Below, piece after piece: positions 48,190 through 58,112 of a DNA stretch of 64,000 nt (its first letter is position 1; each line of letters opens with the position of its first letter). Location of the stretch: the NCBI GenBank assembly GCA_964347865.1, contig CAYGAC010000011.1, positions 3,693 through 67,692 on the forward strand, read 5' to 3'. The notes under the pieces were generated by a model that saw only the letters and a list, made by a program, of their open reading frames with translations, had not been told where the DNA came from and ran no database searches. The DNA comes from an uncultured Thermoplasmatales archaeon. GTDB taxonomy: Archaea; Thermoplasmatota; E2; DHVEG-1. The position numbers and the translations under genes were made by a program.

Positions 48190-49695
48190 TCATAAAAAGT
48201 TAATTTCTTTAGGTAATTTTTTTAAATATTTTCTAAATTCAGTAGGCCATTTATTAGGATCTATTCCTTTTTGCGCTAAAAATGCAGTTGCCCATCGTTC
48301 CAGTCCAATACCTGAACATCCACTCCAAAGCTCACTTTTTTGGGCTTTTATATTGAATGCTTTAATATACTTATCTCCAAGGATACTTAAGTTTAGAAAT
48401 TCAAGCCATTCCGATTTTTCTCGACTACCTCGATAGGGCATATACGATTCAAAATCAATAGTACCAGTATCTTGGTGTATTTCTGTATCATCAATTTTTC
48501 CTGCTTGTTGCATATACCACGGAGTTACCCATGCCATGCGCCATTCAAGATCGAAAATATTGTTAAAAACATGTTTATACCGGTCCAATAACTTCTCCCG
48601 AAGAGTGAGAAGTTGCTCTCTTGTTCCAATATAGATGGGTTCAATTCTATGAAATTCATCAACGCGCTCTATGCCATGTCTTCCTCCAGATTCATATCTA
48701 GCAGAAATAGCAGTTTTATCATAAACTAATATTGGGAGTGCCTCTTCCGATATTGTTTTACTTTTGAAAGCCCAGTAAATAACAGGACATTGAGCATAGC
48801 AAATCCCTGCATGTGGGATGCTTAAATTCTTATTTAACTCATCATATGATATTTCTTTAGTAATTTTTGTAAGATCAATAAATTTCTGCCATTTCTCAAC
48901 ATCACGAGTGGTTGGTTCCGCAATATAATAAAACTCACTAGGCATACCTTCCATATGACCTGTTTTTAACCAGATTTCAAAAGGAACAACATGCGATTCT
49001 ATAATTTCTTGAAAACCAAGAGGTTTTAATACTTCATTTATCGCTATATTCTCCATGGCTCTTAATATTGCCGTTATTTGAGAATGGTAAAACCATTTTC
49101 CCTTGGTTGGACCTTGTTTTAACCAACCAAGTTTCACCATTTCTTCCGTTGGATCTTTAGACCAAATTGGTTTCTTTTTTTCAGATTCCTCTATTAACTT
49201 CCAATACTCCCCTTTTCCCTCATAATACTGGTTTTCAACCTTCTCTTTTACAAGCTTAATCATTCTGTCGATATAATTTTTTCTTAAAAATTCCTCTGAT
49301 ACATCTTTTAGATTAATACTTACATTCTTACCTGTACATTCTACTTCAGCATGGGGAATTGAAATTTCTTTCAATGGTTTTTTTTCTAATTCAAATTCAA
49401 TTTTATATTTGGTGATTTCTATTTCTCTTATTCCTATTTTATGTTTTTTACCTAATTCTTTACTAATAGAATTTTTTATCTGAAGTAATGCGTTATGCGG
49501 TCGAAAACTTCCATAAGAAATAATGTTGAGAAATAACGATTTTTTCCCAATCCTAAAATTTCCAATACTTGCAATTTTTTTATGATATTTTTTAACTATA
49601 TTATCGTTAGCTTCGGAAATAAATTTCTCAATATCTTTATTTATTTTCGATACGTCTTGGCCAAACGTAAAATTGGCCTCTAAATTAAATTTCAT
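48190..49695 (-). CDS. serS: seryl-tRNA synthetase, methanogen-type (type 2)
   Basis: 501 aa with an atypical N-terminal domain. HAGICYAQCP, and class II motif 3-like SGCSGIGLERW. Confidence 0.7.
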   Translation of the reverse strand: MKFNLEANFTFGQDVSKINKDIEKFISEANDNIVKKYHKKIASIGNFRIGKKSLFLNIISYGSFRPHNALLQIKNSISKELGKKHKIGIREIEITKYKIEFELEKKPLKEISIPHAEVECTGKNVSINLKDVSEEFLRKNYIDRMIKLVKEKVENQYYEGKGEYWKLIEESEKKKPIWSKDPTEEMVKLGWLKQGPTKGKWFYHSQITAILRAMENIAINEVLKPLGFQEIIESHVVPFEIWLKTGHMEGMPSEFYYIAEPTTRDVEKWQKFIDLTKITKEISYDELNKNLSIPHAGICYAQCPVIYWAFKSKTISEEALPILVYDKTAISARYESGGRHGIERVDEFHRIEPIYIGTREQLLTLREKLLDRYKHVFNNIFDLEWRMAWVTPWYMQQAGKIDDTEIHQDTGTIDFESYMPYRGSREKSEWLEFLNLSILGDKYIKAFNIKAQKSELWSGCSGIGLERWATAFLAQKGIDPNKWPTEFRKYLKKLPKEINFL

Positions 49696-49722
49696 GCTTA
49701 GGTTGTTATATTTTTAGAATAC

Positions 49723-49947
49723 TTAATTCTTATCGATAATCTTTTCAGCAACTGATAAGCAAGCTAGATAGTCATCTAGTGTATGGATAAGTGATGAAAC
49801 AGACTTACTCTCAATAAATACTTCAAGTTTCTCACCATGTAATCTCGACTCAACAAAATCTAAGTCATCGACTTTTATAGAACGAAGAACTTTTTCTGCT
49901 TTCTCAGAGTTTTCATATTCGAATATTAAATTACATGATACTTTCAT
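49723..49947 (-). CDS. pcc1: KEOPS complex subunit Pcc1
   Basis: 74 aa. FEYENSEKAEKV...SLIHTLDDYLACLSVAEK resembles Pcc1/CTAG. Confidence 0.6.
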   Translation of the reverse strand: MKVSCNLIFEYENSEKAEKVLRSIKVDDLDFVESRLHGEKLEVFIESKSVSSLIHTLDDYLACLSVAEKIIDKN

Positions 49948-49948
49948 A

Positions 49949-51292
49949 CTATCCCTTCAATTGTTGATTTAGAATTTTGTTAACATTTTCTAAAAAATCA
50001 TTTTCTTTATCTATATCTATTGTTGCCCCAGCAGCAATCTTATGTCCACCACCATATCCTCCCAATTTTGAAGTGACAGTTTTCATTGCATTCCCAAGAT
50101 CTAATCCTTTCCTTACAAGATTCTGATCACCTCTACATGAAACATGGATTTCATCGTCTTTTCTGGCGATTGAAAATAATGGTTTTTTCCCATCAAGAAT
50201 ATAGTTCATAGCAATACCTGCAACAACACCTCCAAGGGAAGAACTATCACTATAGAAATATCTCATTCCTTCTTTTTCTTTCATTCCGTTTTGTTCTAAT
50301 TCTATAAGATAATCGAGGATTTTTTGTTTATAATCTTTCTCAACGTCAACTCCCTCCATAAAAGCATCATTATCACCAAAACAGATTGATAGACCTAGAC
50401 CACGATGCTTATTCTTACCACATGCATCGAGTAGATCTGCAAATCGTTCTAGTTCACAACCTAAGAATTCAGAAAAATATCTTCTTCTTATAGCGATGTC
50501 TAAAATTGTTGTTTGGCAACCCGCTTTTATAAGTTTAAATAATAAATAAGATTGCAATCTAATCAGGTTATCCTGCTCAATATCAACGATTTTTACATTT
50601 TTATCAATATTCATTTGCTCAAGAATGCTTTCAATTTCATCTTTATTTCCAGATAGTTCTTTGTAATAGGGATCGATGGAAAAAAAGATAGCATCAAATA
50701 TTGAATCTCCATAAAGTTTTATACCCGTACGTTCATCCAGAAATCCTTCTTCTAATGCCTCTTCTAATATAACTTTATTAAAACCTCTAATACCACCAAT
50801 ATGTTGTTTATCGCCAATCGCACCAGCTAATGCCATTGGGGATAAATCCTTATTTTCAATGTTCAATTCCTTTGCACAGAAAAAACTTAGAGTAGCACCA
50901 GATGCTTCATAGTTACCATCAATTCCACACAAGTTGGCATTTATTTGTAAAACATTTTTTCCAACTTCCGATTTAAGGTACTGATGATGATCAAAAATAA
51001 TAACTTTGCATCCAAGATTTTCTAATGTTTCAATCTGTCCACTCCCCATATCAGAAAAAATGATGAGTTCATTTTCCTCTTTCGCTAATTTTTCTAGACC
51101 TTTGTTAAAAGGATTTCTCATAAGTGTTGCATGGAAATCATAACCTTCACGATAAAGAGCATTACATAATATTCCCGCAGCAGATATTCCATCAGCATCA
51201 TAATGAGAAACAACTCGTATCCGACTAGATTTAGGTGTGGATAATATAATATTTGCTGCTTTTTTACTTAATTTTGAAATATCATCTGACAT
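49949..51292 (-). CDS. RecJ-like DHH/DHHA1 phosphoesterase (archaeal RecJ/Cdc45 homologue)
   Basis: HYDADGISAAG, IIFDHHQY (DHH) and GGGHKIAAGA (DHHA1). Confidence 0.8.
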   Translation of the reverse strand: MSDDISKLSKKAANIILSTPKSSRIRVVSHYDADGISAAGILCNALYREGYDFHATLMRNPFNKGLEKLAKEENELIIFSDMGSGQIETLENLGCKVIIFDHHQYLKSEVGKNVLQINANLCGIDGNYEASGATLSFFCAKELNIENKDLSPMALAGAIGDKQHIGGIRGFNKVILEEALEEGFLDERTGIKLYGDSIFDAIFFSIDPYYKELSGNKDEIESILEQMNIDKNVKIVDIEQDNLIRLQSYLLFKLIKAGCQTTILDIAIRRRYFSEFLGCELERFADLLDACGKNKHRGLGLSICFGDNDAFMEGVDVEKDYKQKILDYLIELEQNGMKEKEGMRYFYSDSSSLGGVVAGIAMNYILDGKKPLFSIARKDDEIHVSCRGDQNLVRKGLDLGNAMKTVTSKLGGYGGGHKIAAGATIDIDKENDFLENVNKILNQQLKG

Positions 51293-51333
51293 GTGTAAAA
51301 GTAAAAACTACCACTACCTAAAAAAGATAGTGC

Positions 51334-51789
51334 TTATTCGAACAGAAGTTTTGCCTGTTCAGGGGTGTATTTCCAACCTTTTGGTAATCTTTTTTCTGCA
51401 TGATAATAATTTGTGAGTCGCCTTATTTTTGATTCAGTAAGCTGTAAGTTTCTTTTATTTTTCAAATCTTTTTTATTTACATCAAGATGTTTTTTTAGCT
51501 TAAGTGCAGTTTTTATAAGATTTCTCAAATCTTCAGGTATCTCAGATTTGATATCATTTTTTTCAAGTATCTGAGTAATCTTTTTACCTGTTGCAATTTT
51601 CACATCAGGAACAGCATATTGATCTCGTAAAATCATCCCTATCTCACTTGTGGATTTCTCATTTTTAGCAAGTTCGATAATTCTTGCCTCGATTTCTCTA
51701 GGATTAAGTGAACTCCATTCAGGATGCTTCTTTCTAATTGGATGGGTAGATCCTGATTTTCCTTTTCTTCTGGCATGGATTCGAGCCAT
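51334..51789 (-). CDS. rps15: 30S ribosomal protein uS15
   Basis: MARIHARRKGKSGSTHP...RRLTNYY. Confidence 0.9.
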   Translation of the reverse strand: MARIHARRKGKSGSTHPIRKKHPEWSSLNPREIEARIIELAKNEKSTSEIGMILRDQYAVPDVKIATGKKITQILEKNDIKSEIPEDLRNLIKTALKLKKHLDVNKKDLKNKRNLQLTESKIRRLTNYYHAEKRLPKGWKYTPEQAKLLFE

Positions 51790-52125
51790 TATAGTTTACC
51801 TCAAGTTATTTGTAAAGTAAGTCCTGAATAAAGTTGTGATATTTAGCATTTACCCTTATCCTATTAAATACTATTTTCTTTTTTAACTTCTTAATCTCAA
51901 TTTAAAAATAAATGATTAGTAATCAATTTTATAATCAATATTTTTATATGATTCTCTTTAAATATTTTTTATTATTGTATCGTTTTTTCAACAATTCAGA
52001 CATTTTGTTAAGGGCTAACAGTAGATGAAGAAGGAAATATTCAAAAACATAGTGACTGGGAGAGGAAAAATCCATACTCTACTGAACCAGGTTTTACAAA
52101 CCTAACTCTTTGTCCAAATTTTATA

Positions 52126-53106
52126 TTGACAGAAGCTGTTGTTAAACTTCATCCCGTTTGGGATGATGAACAAGCTGTTCTAGTACCCTTTGATAATATA
52201 AGAGATGCATATAGAATTTTAATAAAACTTGGTAAACGTGATGTGGGATTATCACTTGCAGTTCTTTCACGAAAATATCTGGCAGAATTTCTTAGTCCAA
52301 CTCTGCAAATCTCAAAAGATTTTGATTTTGTATGTAAAAATTATCTGAAACTTAACTATGTAGTAGCCGTTATTTGTAATAAAGATGATAAAAAAATAGT
52401 CGAAGATATGGTAGATTATACAATTGATCAATCCTTAATGAAAAGTTTGATATTGGGTGCACCTAGATTTACAAATCTTAGAGATAGTGAATTTATGAAA
52501 ATACTCTCTGAAGAAGACGATCCACTTAAAGCGATATTTGCAGGACCAATGAAAAAACATCTAGAAAAAGCATTAGATCCTTCACCTGAAAATGTCGCTA
52601 AAGTTTTTGATGAGGATCTCCAAGAGTTTTTCACAAAAGTATATTCTAAACCAGAAATGACTGATATCGTTTGGTTACATGCATTCCGAATACTTCCAAC
52701 AAGAATGATGAGACAGCAAATGTTCATGGGTCCAGGAGCAGCTATGTGGACTGGTGATGAAGATCATTATATTAACTGGATTAAGATGTTTGATGAAATG
52801 GGAGAAAAATATAATTTAGAAAATTCTCTTGGTTTTATTAGTCCACTTGATCATGGAAAGTTTGCTTATATGGAATATGATTATTATTATGATCATAACG
52901 ATCCAGATGAATGTGAAAGAATAAGTAAGTCTCTTATAGAATCAATGAAAAAAACGTTGGTAATGGGTAAGGGACTAACGATTCTAAACTATCTTTTTAA
53001 GGGAATATATCGAAAAGAACATGTCATGTATCCAATACCTGAGGGAATTTCCGAGGAAGAAGAAGAACTGTTTGATGATTTAATTGAGACAGTTTTAGGA
53101 GGGTAG
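52126..53106 (+). CDS. FAD-linked oxidase C-terminal-domain protein lacking the N-terminal FAD-binding domain (frame open from 52012; only a TTG start)
   Basis: FILTEAVVKLHP...VLVPF matches the (G)IITEATLKLxP junction of GlcD/AGPS-type oxidases. GFISPLDHGK lies near the C-terminus. Only 38 codons are open upstream before a stop and an AT-rich spacer. Confidence 0.55.
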   Translation: MTEAVVKLHPVWDDEQAVLVPFDNIRDAYRILIKLGKRDVGLSLAVLSRKYLAEFLSPTLQISKDFDFVCKNYLKLNYVVAVICNKDDKKIVEDMVDYTIDQSLMKSLILGAPRFTNLRDSEFMKILSEEDDPLKAIFAGPMKKHLEKALDPSPENVAKVFDEDLQEFFTKVYSKPEMTDIVWLHAFRILPTRMMRQQMFMGPGAAMWTGDEDHYINWIKMFDEMGEKYNLENSLGFISPLDHGKFAYMEYDYYYDHNDPDECERISKSLIESMKKTLVMGKGLTILNYLFKGIYRKEHVMYPIPEGISEEEEELFDDLIETVLGG

Positions 53107-53111
53107 CTTTA

Positions 53112-53525
53112 ATGGTAAAATTTCTTTCTGATGAATGGATTGAAATTGGTAAAAAATATATACTGGAAAAACTCGATCCAGAAAAAGATTTGAAAAATAT
53201 TACTACTTCATTACTTGGGGTCGTAGAGCATATTCCGCCAGATGGTACAACAATGAATTTCTACCTAGAATTTGAGAATGGAAATTTAATGGATTTTATA
53301 GTAAATACTGGAAATACCTTTGAAGAAAAAGAAGCCGTATATGAGGTAAGAGGTAACTATGGAACTTATAAAAGTGTCCTTAAGGGAGAGATGAGCCTGG
53401 GGATCGCTGTTTTAAAAAATAGATTAAAAGTCAAGGGTAGTAAACTGCAGGCACTTAAATTGATAAAACCACTTGATGGAGTAATTGTATCACTGACAGA
53501 AATTACAGATGAATTTGAAGATTAA
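53112..53525 (+). CDS. SCP2 (sterol-carrier-protein-2-like) lipid-binding protein
   Basis: 137 aa. FLSDEWIE..., ...YKSVLKGEMSLGIAVLKNRLKVKGSKLQALKL. Confidence 0.7.
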   Translation: MVKFLSDEWIEIGKKYILEKLDPEKDLKNITTSLLGVVEHIPPDGTTMNFYLEFENGNLMDFIVNTGNTFEEKEAVYEVRGNYGTYKSVLKGEMSLGIAVLKNRLKVKGSKLQALKLIKPLDGVIVSLTEITDEFED

Positions 53526-53538
53526 AAAGTGATTTAAA

Positions 53539-54903
53539 ATGATACCTAAAGCAGAATTAGAATTTGAAAGAAGAATAGGAAAATTCATTCCTCCAAAAGA
53601 AAACTGGACACCAATTGACAAGGCTCTTTTCACACAAAAAATCTTTTTTAAAGATTATCAAAAAACTGCAGACTTAACCTTTCATGCCATAAAATATAAC
53701 TTTGAACATCATTATGAAAAAAATTCATTATATCGTCGGTTATGTGAAGTAAATAAAATTACTCCAACGACTATTAAATCTAAGGAAGATTTGTATAAAA
53801 TCCCCCTTCTACCAGATTCTTTCTTTAAGGACTATCCTGAAGACAAAGGTTTTTTAAACTGGTTAGACAACATCTATACTGGTACAACTCCCATGCCTGA
53901 ATTTAGAACAGAGACTCCAGATCACGACGATGTTATTGAAGAGTTTAACAAAAAAGGTGTCAGTATTATGTTTACCAGTGGAACGAGTGGTCGCTTCAGT
54001 TTCATTCCACGTGATAATGGATCATGGGATCGCTTAAAATATAACGCTATGAGATCCGTAGTCGAGTTAATGGATTATGATCCAAATGACACGGTTATTT
54101 TGCTTATCCCGGACCCTCGATTAACAAATCTTACAATAGCTAGTCTTTTTGGCATTGCCTATGATTTGTATGATCCACAAAATATCCATGTTGCACTTGA
54201 AGACATGAAAATAACGACCTCGTTTTTACGAATGCAACGGAATGAAGCCATCGGTCTTAAGGAGAAAATCAAAGCAAAAGCTATGTCAAAGATTAGTCCT
54301 ATTGTTCAGAAAAAATCTGATGGTAAAATTATTTCTCTTCTAGAAAATTTAGAAAAAGAAGGAAAACGAGTAAATATTGCTGGTCCACCATTTTGGCTTA
54401 ATCGAATCATAGAAAGAATGATAAAAGAGGGACGAAAAGTAAAATTGCCAGGTAGTCAAGTACTTACAGGAGGAGGTTGGAAAGCTGAAGAAGACAAACG
54501 GGCACCTGAAGAAATCTTCAGAGAAAAGGTTGAAAATGTTCTCGGAATTCCACAAAATCGATACCACGATGTTTATGCGATGTCTGAGTGCAGCTCAATT
54601 TTTCTGAGCTGCGAAGGTCATTATAAACATGTTCCTCCAACAGTAATCCCAATCGTTTTGGATGAGGAACTCAATTCAATTGGATATAATGAGCTTGGTC
54701 GTTTTGCTTTTATAGATCCCCTTCCTGAAAGCTATCCTGGATTTATTATCACTGGTGACAGGGTAAAACTATTGAAAAAATGTCCAGTGTGCAATCGTGA
54801 AGGACCAGTACTTGATATTGAAGTTTCCCGATTACCAGGTGTTGAAGGACGAGGTTGTGCGGCAGTAATGGCAGAATTGATGCAGGAGGAGGAATATAAC
54901 TAA
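53539..54903 (+). CDS. LuxE-like acyl-protein synthetase / adenylate-forming enzyme
   Basis: IMFTSGTSGRFSFIPRD. C-terminus GDRVKLLKKCPVCNREGPVLD...EGRGCA. Confidence 0.65.
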   Translation: MIPKAELEFERRIGKFIPPKENWTPIDKALFTQKIFFKDYQKTADLTFHAIKYNFEHHYEKNSLYRRLCEVNKITPTTIKSKEDLYKIPLLPDSFFKDYPEDKGFLNWLDNIYTGTTPMPEFRTETPDHDDVIEEFNKKGVSIMFTSGTSGRFSFIPRDNGSWDRLKYNAMRSVVELMDYDPNDTVILLIPDPRLTNLTIASLFGIAYDLYDPQNIHVALEDMKITTSFLRMQRNEAIGLKEKIKAKAMSKISPIVQKKSDGKIISLLENLEKEGKRVNIAGPPFWLNRIIERMIKEGRKVKLPGSQVLTGGGWKAEEDKRAPEEIFREKVENVLGIPQNRYHDVYAMSECSSIFLSCEGHYKHVPPTVIPIVLDEELNSIGYNELGRFAFIDPLPESYPGFIITGDRVKLLKKCPVCNREGPVLDIEVSRLPGVEGRGCAAVMAELMQEEEYN

Positions 54904-55304
54904 TGGTGCGTTTTCCATCTGATGAATGGATTAAAACTTTCAAAGAAGAGCTCAATAAGAATAAAATGTATGAAGATGTGGCAAAAGAGTGGGAGGGTGA
55001 TTTCCTTTTTGTCATTGAACCTGATGAGGAATTAAAAAAAGAAGTTGTATTTTACGTTGATTTATGGCATGGAAAATGCAGGGATGCACATATTGTAGAT
55101 GGTAATAAGAAAGCTGCCTTTGTTTTTAAAGGTCCGTACTCTAATTGGAAGAAAGTTATCAACAAGGAGCTTGATCCCATTCGAGGCCTTATCCAAGGAA
55201 TGTTTACTGTTGATGGAGATTCAAAAGTAATCCTTGATCAAGCAAAAGCTGCACAAGAGTTAGTGAATACTGCAAGTAAGATTCCTGTTGAATTTGTAGG
55301 TTAA
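54903..55304 (+). CDS. SCP2-like lipid-binding protein (second paralogue)
   Basis: 133 aa. FPSDEWIKTFKEELN...YSNWKKVINKELDPIRGLIQGMFTVDGD. The ATG overlaps the upstream TAA (TAATG). Confidence 0.7.
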   Translation: MVRFPSDEWIKTFKEELNKNKMYEDVAKEWEGDFLFVIEPDEELKKEVVFYVDLWHGKCRDAHIVDGNKKAAFVFKGPYSNWKKVINKELDPIRGLIQGMFTVDGDSKVILDQAKAAQELVNTASKIPVEFVG

Positions 55305-55308
55305 CATT

Positions 55309-56862
55309 ATGACCAAAACTATTGATTGTTTTTTTTGGAATCCTAAACTTGGACTGAAAAATAAATTGGAATTTGTACACGAAGATATAGGTAATGGTAT
55401 TGTTCTTAGGAAACCAATCTTTACTATTGAAATACTGGATAAAATTATAAAAAGTATCAAACAAGCACGAATAGAGTATCTTCTGAAAATAGATATTCCA
55501 ACCGTTTTTGATACAATTGGAAAAGTTACTGACCTATGGATGAATCCAGAGTACAAAGGGAGAAGGATTGCTAGAGAAGTATTACCCACTGTTACCGGTT
55601 TTTCACTCGAGATGCTTGAATCGTGGGGTTTTGATCATTTTATGAGCATTTTGAAAAAAGAAAATCTTCCGTTATTTGGAAAACTAAAACCTGAAAATTA
55701 CAAAGAATTTTCTAATCTTAGTGATGGACTGGTTAAGGCTTTTGGAAAACCGAATATAATTCATTCTAATCATAGCCCCAAAGTTATTGGTCATATATGT
55801 GCTGGAAACATTCTCGGAATTGCTGCTTTTGAAATGATTTTAGATAAACTTATTGATGCTGCTAGTTGGATTAAGGTCCCATCTGAAGAACCTGTATTTG
55901 GAGCTCTTTATGCAAAATCTATTGAAGAGGTCGATCCAAAATTAGCTTATACAATAGCGGTTTTACCGTTTGAAAGCAATAATAAAAAGGTAAATGAGTT
56001 TCTCTTTTCGAAATCAGACATAGTTCGAGCAACAGGTGGGGAACTAGCGCGAAAAAATCTAACAGAGCTTGCGTTAAAACATAATATACCTATAGCTGGT
56101 CACTGGCATAAATTTAGCTTTATCACCATAGCAAGGGAATATTTGGATGAGAGAGCTCGAGCAATCGCTGAGTTAGTATCCCTTGATGTTACCGCATGGG
56201 ATCAGCAGGGATGTTTTTCACCACAAGAAATATTTGTTGAAAATAACGAAGATGTCACTCCTGAAGAATTTGCCGAAACACTTGCTGAGGAAATGGAGAT
56301 TACTTCCATGGCACTTCCAAAAGGTACAAATTCTGGAAAAATGCAAGTTTTAGATGGCTATCATCAATATTTTAAAAAGGAAATGATGGGTGAACCGGTA
56401 AAAATATTCCCATCACCAACGCATAAATGGCTTATAATTTATGATGGAAGTACCGCTCGTTTCGAACCATCTCCCTTGTTTCGAGTTATTCGGGTAAAAC
56501 CTGTTGATGATATAAAGGATATACCTACTCTTGTTAAACCGATCGGGAGTTTTTTACAAACAGTTGGAGTTGCAATACCTAATGACCGTTTGATTCCTTT
56601 TGCGAATGCTATTGGAGAAGTAGGTGCTACAAACATACGTGCGATTAGCAGTATGACACTTCAAAAACCATGGGAACCATGGGATGGGCGATTTCCGTTA
56701 CATGAACTTTTTGAACATGATAATGTGCGCTGGGTTAGTATAAGTACGAGAAATATTGACCAGGAAATAAGAACTGCGTTAGAAAGAAAACGTCTCATTG
56801 TTGATCAGAATTTACCGCCCGATAGTATACGACCAAACCGCACTACCCTACAATTAGACTAA
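55309..56862 (+). CDS. LuxC-like acyl-CoA (acyl-protein) reductase
   Basis: 517 aa. ICAGNILGIAAFE, and an ALDH-like catalytic Cys context AWDQQGCFSPQEIFV. Confidence 0.65.
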   Translation: MTKTIDCFFWNPKLGLKNKLEFVHEDIGNGIVLRKPIFTIEILDKIIKSIKQARIEYLLKIDIPTVFDTIGKVTDLWMNPEYKGRRIAREVLPTVTGFSLEMLESWGFDHFMSILKKENLPLFGKLKPENYKEFSNLSDGLVKAFGKPNIIHSNHSPKVIGHICAGNILGIAAFEMILDKLIDAASWIKVPSEEPVFGALYAKSIEEVDPKLAYTIAVLPFESNNKKVNEFLFSKSDIVRATGGELARKNLTELALKHNIPIAGHWHKFSFITIAREYLDERARAIAELVSLDVTAWDQQGCFSPQEIFVENNEDVTPEEFAETLAEEMEITSMALPKGTNSGKMQVLDGYHQYFKKEMMGEPVKIFPSPTHKWLIIYDGSTARFEPSPLFRVIRVKPVDDIKDIPTLVKPIGSFLQTVGVAIPNDRLIPFANAIGEVGATNIRAISSMTLQKPWEPWDGRFPLHELFEHDNVRWVSISTRNIDQEIRTALERKRLIVDQNLPPDSIRPNRTTLQLD

Positions 56863-58001
56863 TCAAGAAGAACAACCGACTCAGATACATTCCCTATTTC
56901 ATTGAACCTTGATCCTAATTTCTTCATAACCTTTGGCAATGTAGTATACTCCATATCAGCCATTGGTAATCGGTGCGGTTCAAATGGTCCGTGTCTTCTC
57001 ATATAATCGGTTATATGTTGAGCTTCAACTCGTGTACGATCAAATGCAGGATCATCAAACAAATCAACTGGTTCAGTCAATTTACCATTTTTCAACTGGA
57101 AACCAAGAGATGTTACCCGTGGTGGACCATCAAATCTAGTACATCGTGCCTGTTTAACAGAAACCGGCATTAATGGACCGTTATGAGAACCACGCATCCA
57201 TCCTGAAACTAAATGACCAAGTGCAAAACCTTCTAAAACTTCACCCAGAGCAGGAAGACCCGACTGTGATCGGACGAGTCCAGCTGGATCATCTTTCCCT
57301 ACATATTCTCCAGCCACCTGATATAATTTTTCGGTTGAAATGACAGAAACTGGTTCATTAGGAGGGAGCTTTGAAGTCTTTTTAGGAAAAACACGTTTGA
57401 TAACAAACCGTGATTTGGCTCCTATCAAGGCGAGAAGATCGTACATCTCTTCCGGTGCTTTCATGAAGACATGTTTGTGTTCCTGTATATCCCATACCTC
57501 AAAAATAAAACCGTCATGAACTGAAGGGTCAATGATTAAACCAGCAGTATTGAACGGATCTGCAAAAACTTTAAAGATCGGCAGATTAAAAGCGCCTGGC
57601 TCTGTTTTATCCATCATAAATGCAACTATGGGTTCAGCCTTTCTCTCAGTAAATTCCATTTCAGCTATCCCAGGTCCCATACCTTTAATGTTTCCAGAGA
57701 ATGCGTCACTGAGTAAATCTTGTCCTGCCCCATAAAGTCCTAGTTCTTTTGCTTTCTCTGTTGTTTCCCTAAATACATCCCATGCAAGTCCGTGAACCTC
57801 TTTGCTATCCTCACCGTTCATATGTGTCATAATAAGTTCAAGATCATCTCCACAATTAGTTACATGAAAATCTGTTAATAAACCAGAATTTTTTGCATCT
57901 CCAAGTCTTTTATTCGCAATTTCTTTTAGGTCGGGATGCACTGATGCATGTCCAGGCCAACCTCCTACATCTGCCTTAATTAAACTAAACGTAGTTTTCA
58001 T
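56859..58001 (-). CDS. fbp: fructose-1,6-bisphosphate aldolase/phosphatase (class V FBPase)
   Basis: MKTTFSLIKADVGGWPGHASVHP. AAGGAG Shine-Dalgarno site upstream of the ATG at 58001. Confidence 0.9.
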   Translation of the reverse strand: MKTTFSLIKADVGGWPGHASVHPDLKEIANKRLGDAKNSGLLTDFHVTNCGDDLELIMTHMNGEDSKEVHGLAWDVFRETTEKAKELGLYGAGQDLLSDAFSGNIKGMGPGIAEMEFTERKAEPIVAFMMDKTEPGAFNLPIFKVFADPFNTAGLIIDPSVHDGFIFEVWDIQEHKHVFMKAPEEMYDLLALIGAKSRFVIKRVFPKKTSKLPPNEPVSVISTEKLYQVAGEYVGKDDPAGLVRSQSGLPALGEVLEGFALGHLVSGWMRGSHNGPLMPVSVKQARCTRFDGPPRVTSLGFQLKNGKLTEPVDLFDDPAFDRTRVEAQHITDYMRRHGPFEPHRLPMADMEYTTLPKVMKKLGSRFNEIGNVSESVVLLD

Positions 58002-58112
58002 AATAACTCTCCTTTCTTTGGTATCACTAAAGGTTATATAAAGAATTTGGAAACACATTTCGTAAAGTATATATTTCTCCTCTTATTAGCGATAAAAATA
58101 GGTACAAATTTC

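Noticed and set aside
52126-56862. Bioluminescence (lux) operon
   Set aside because: Only LuxC- and LuxE-like genes are present. There are no luciferase genes (luxA/B) and no luxD, so a light-emitting function is not supported.
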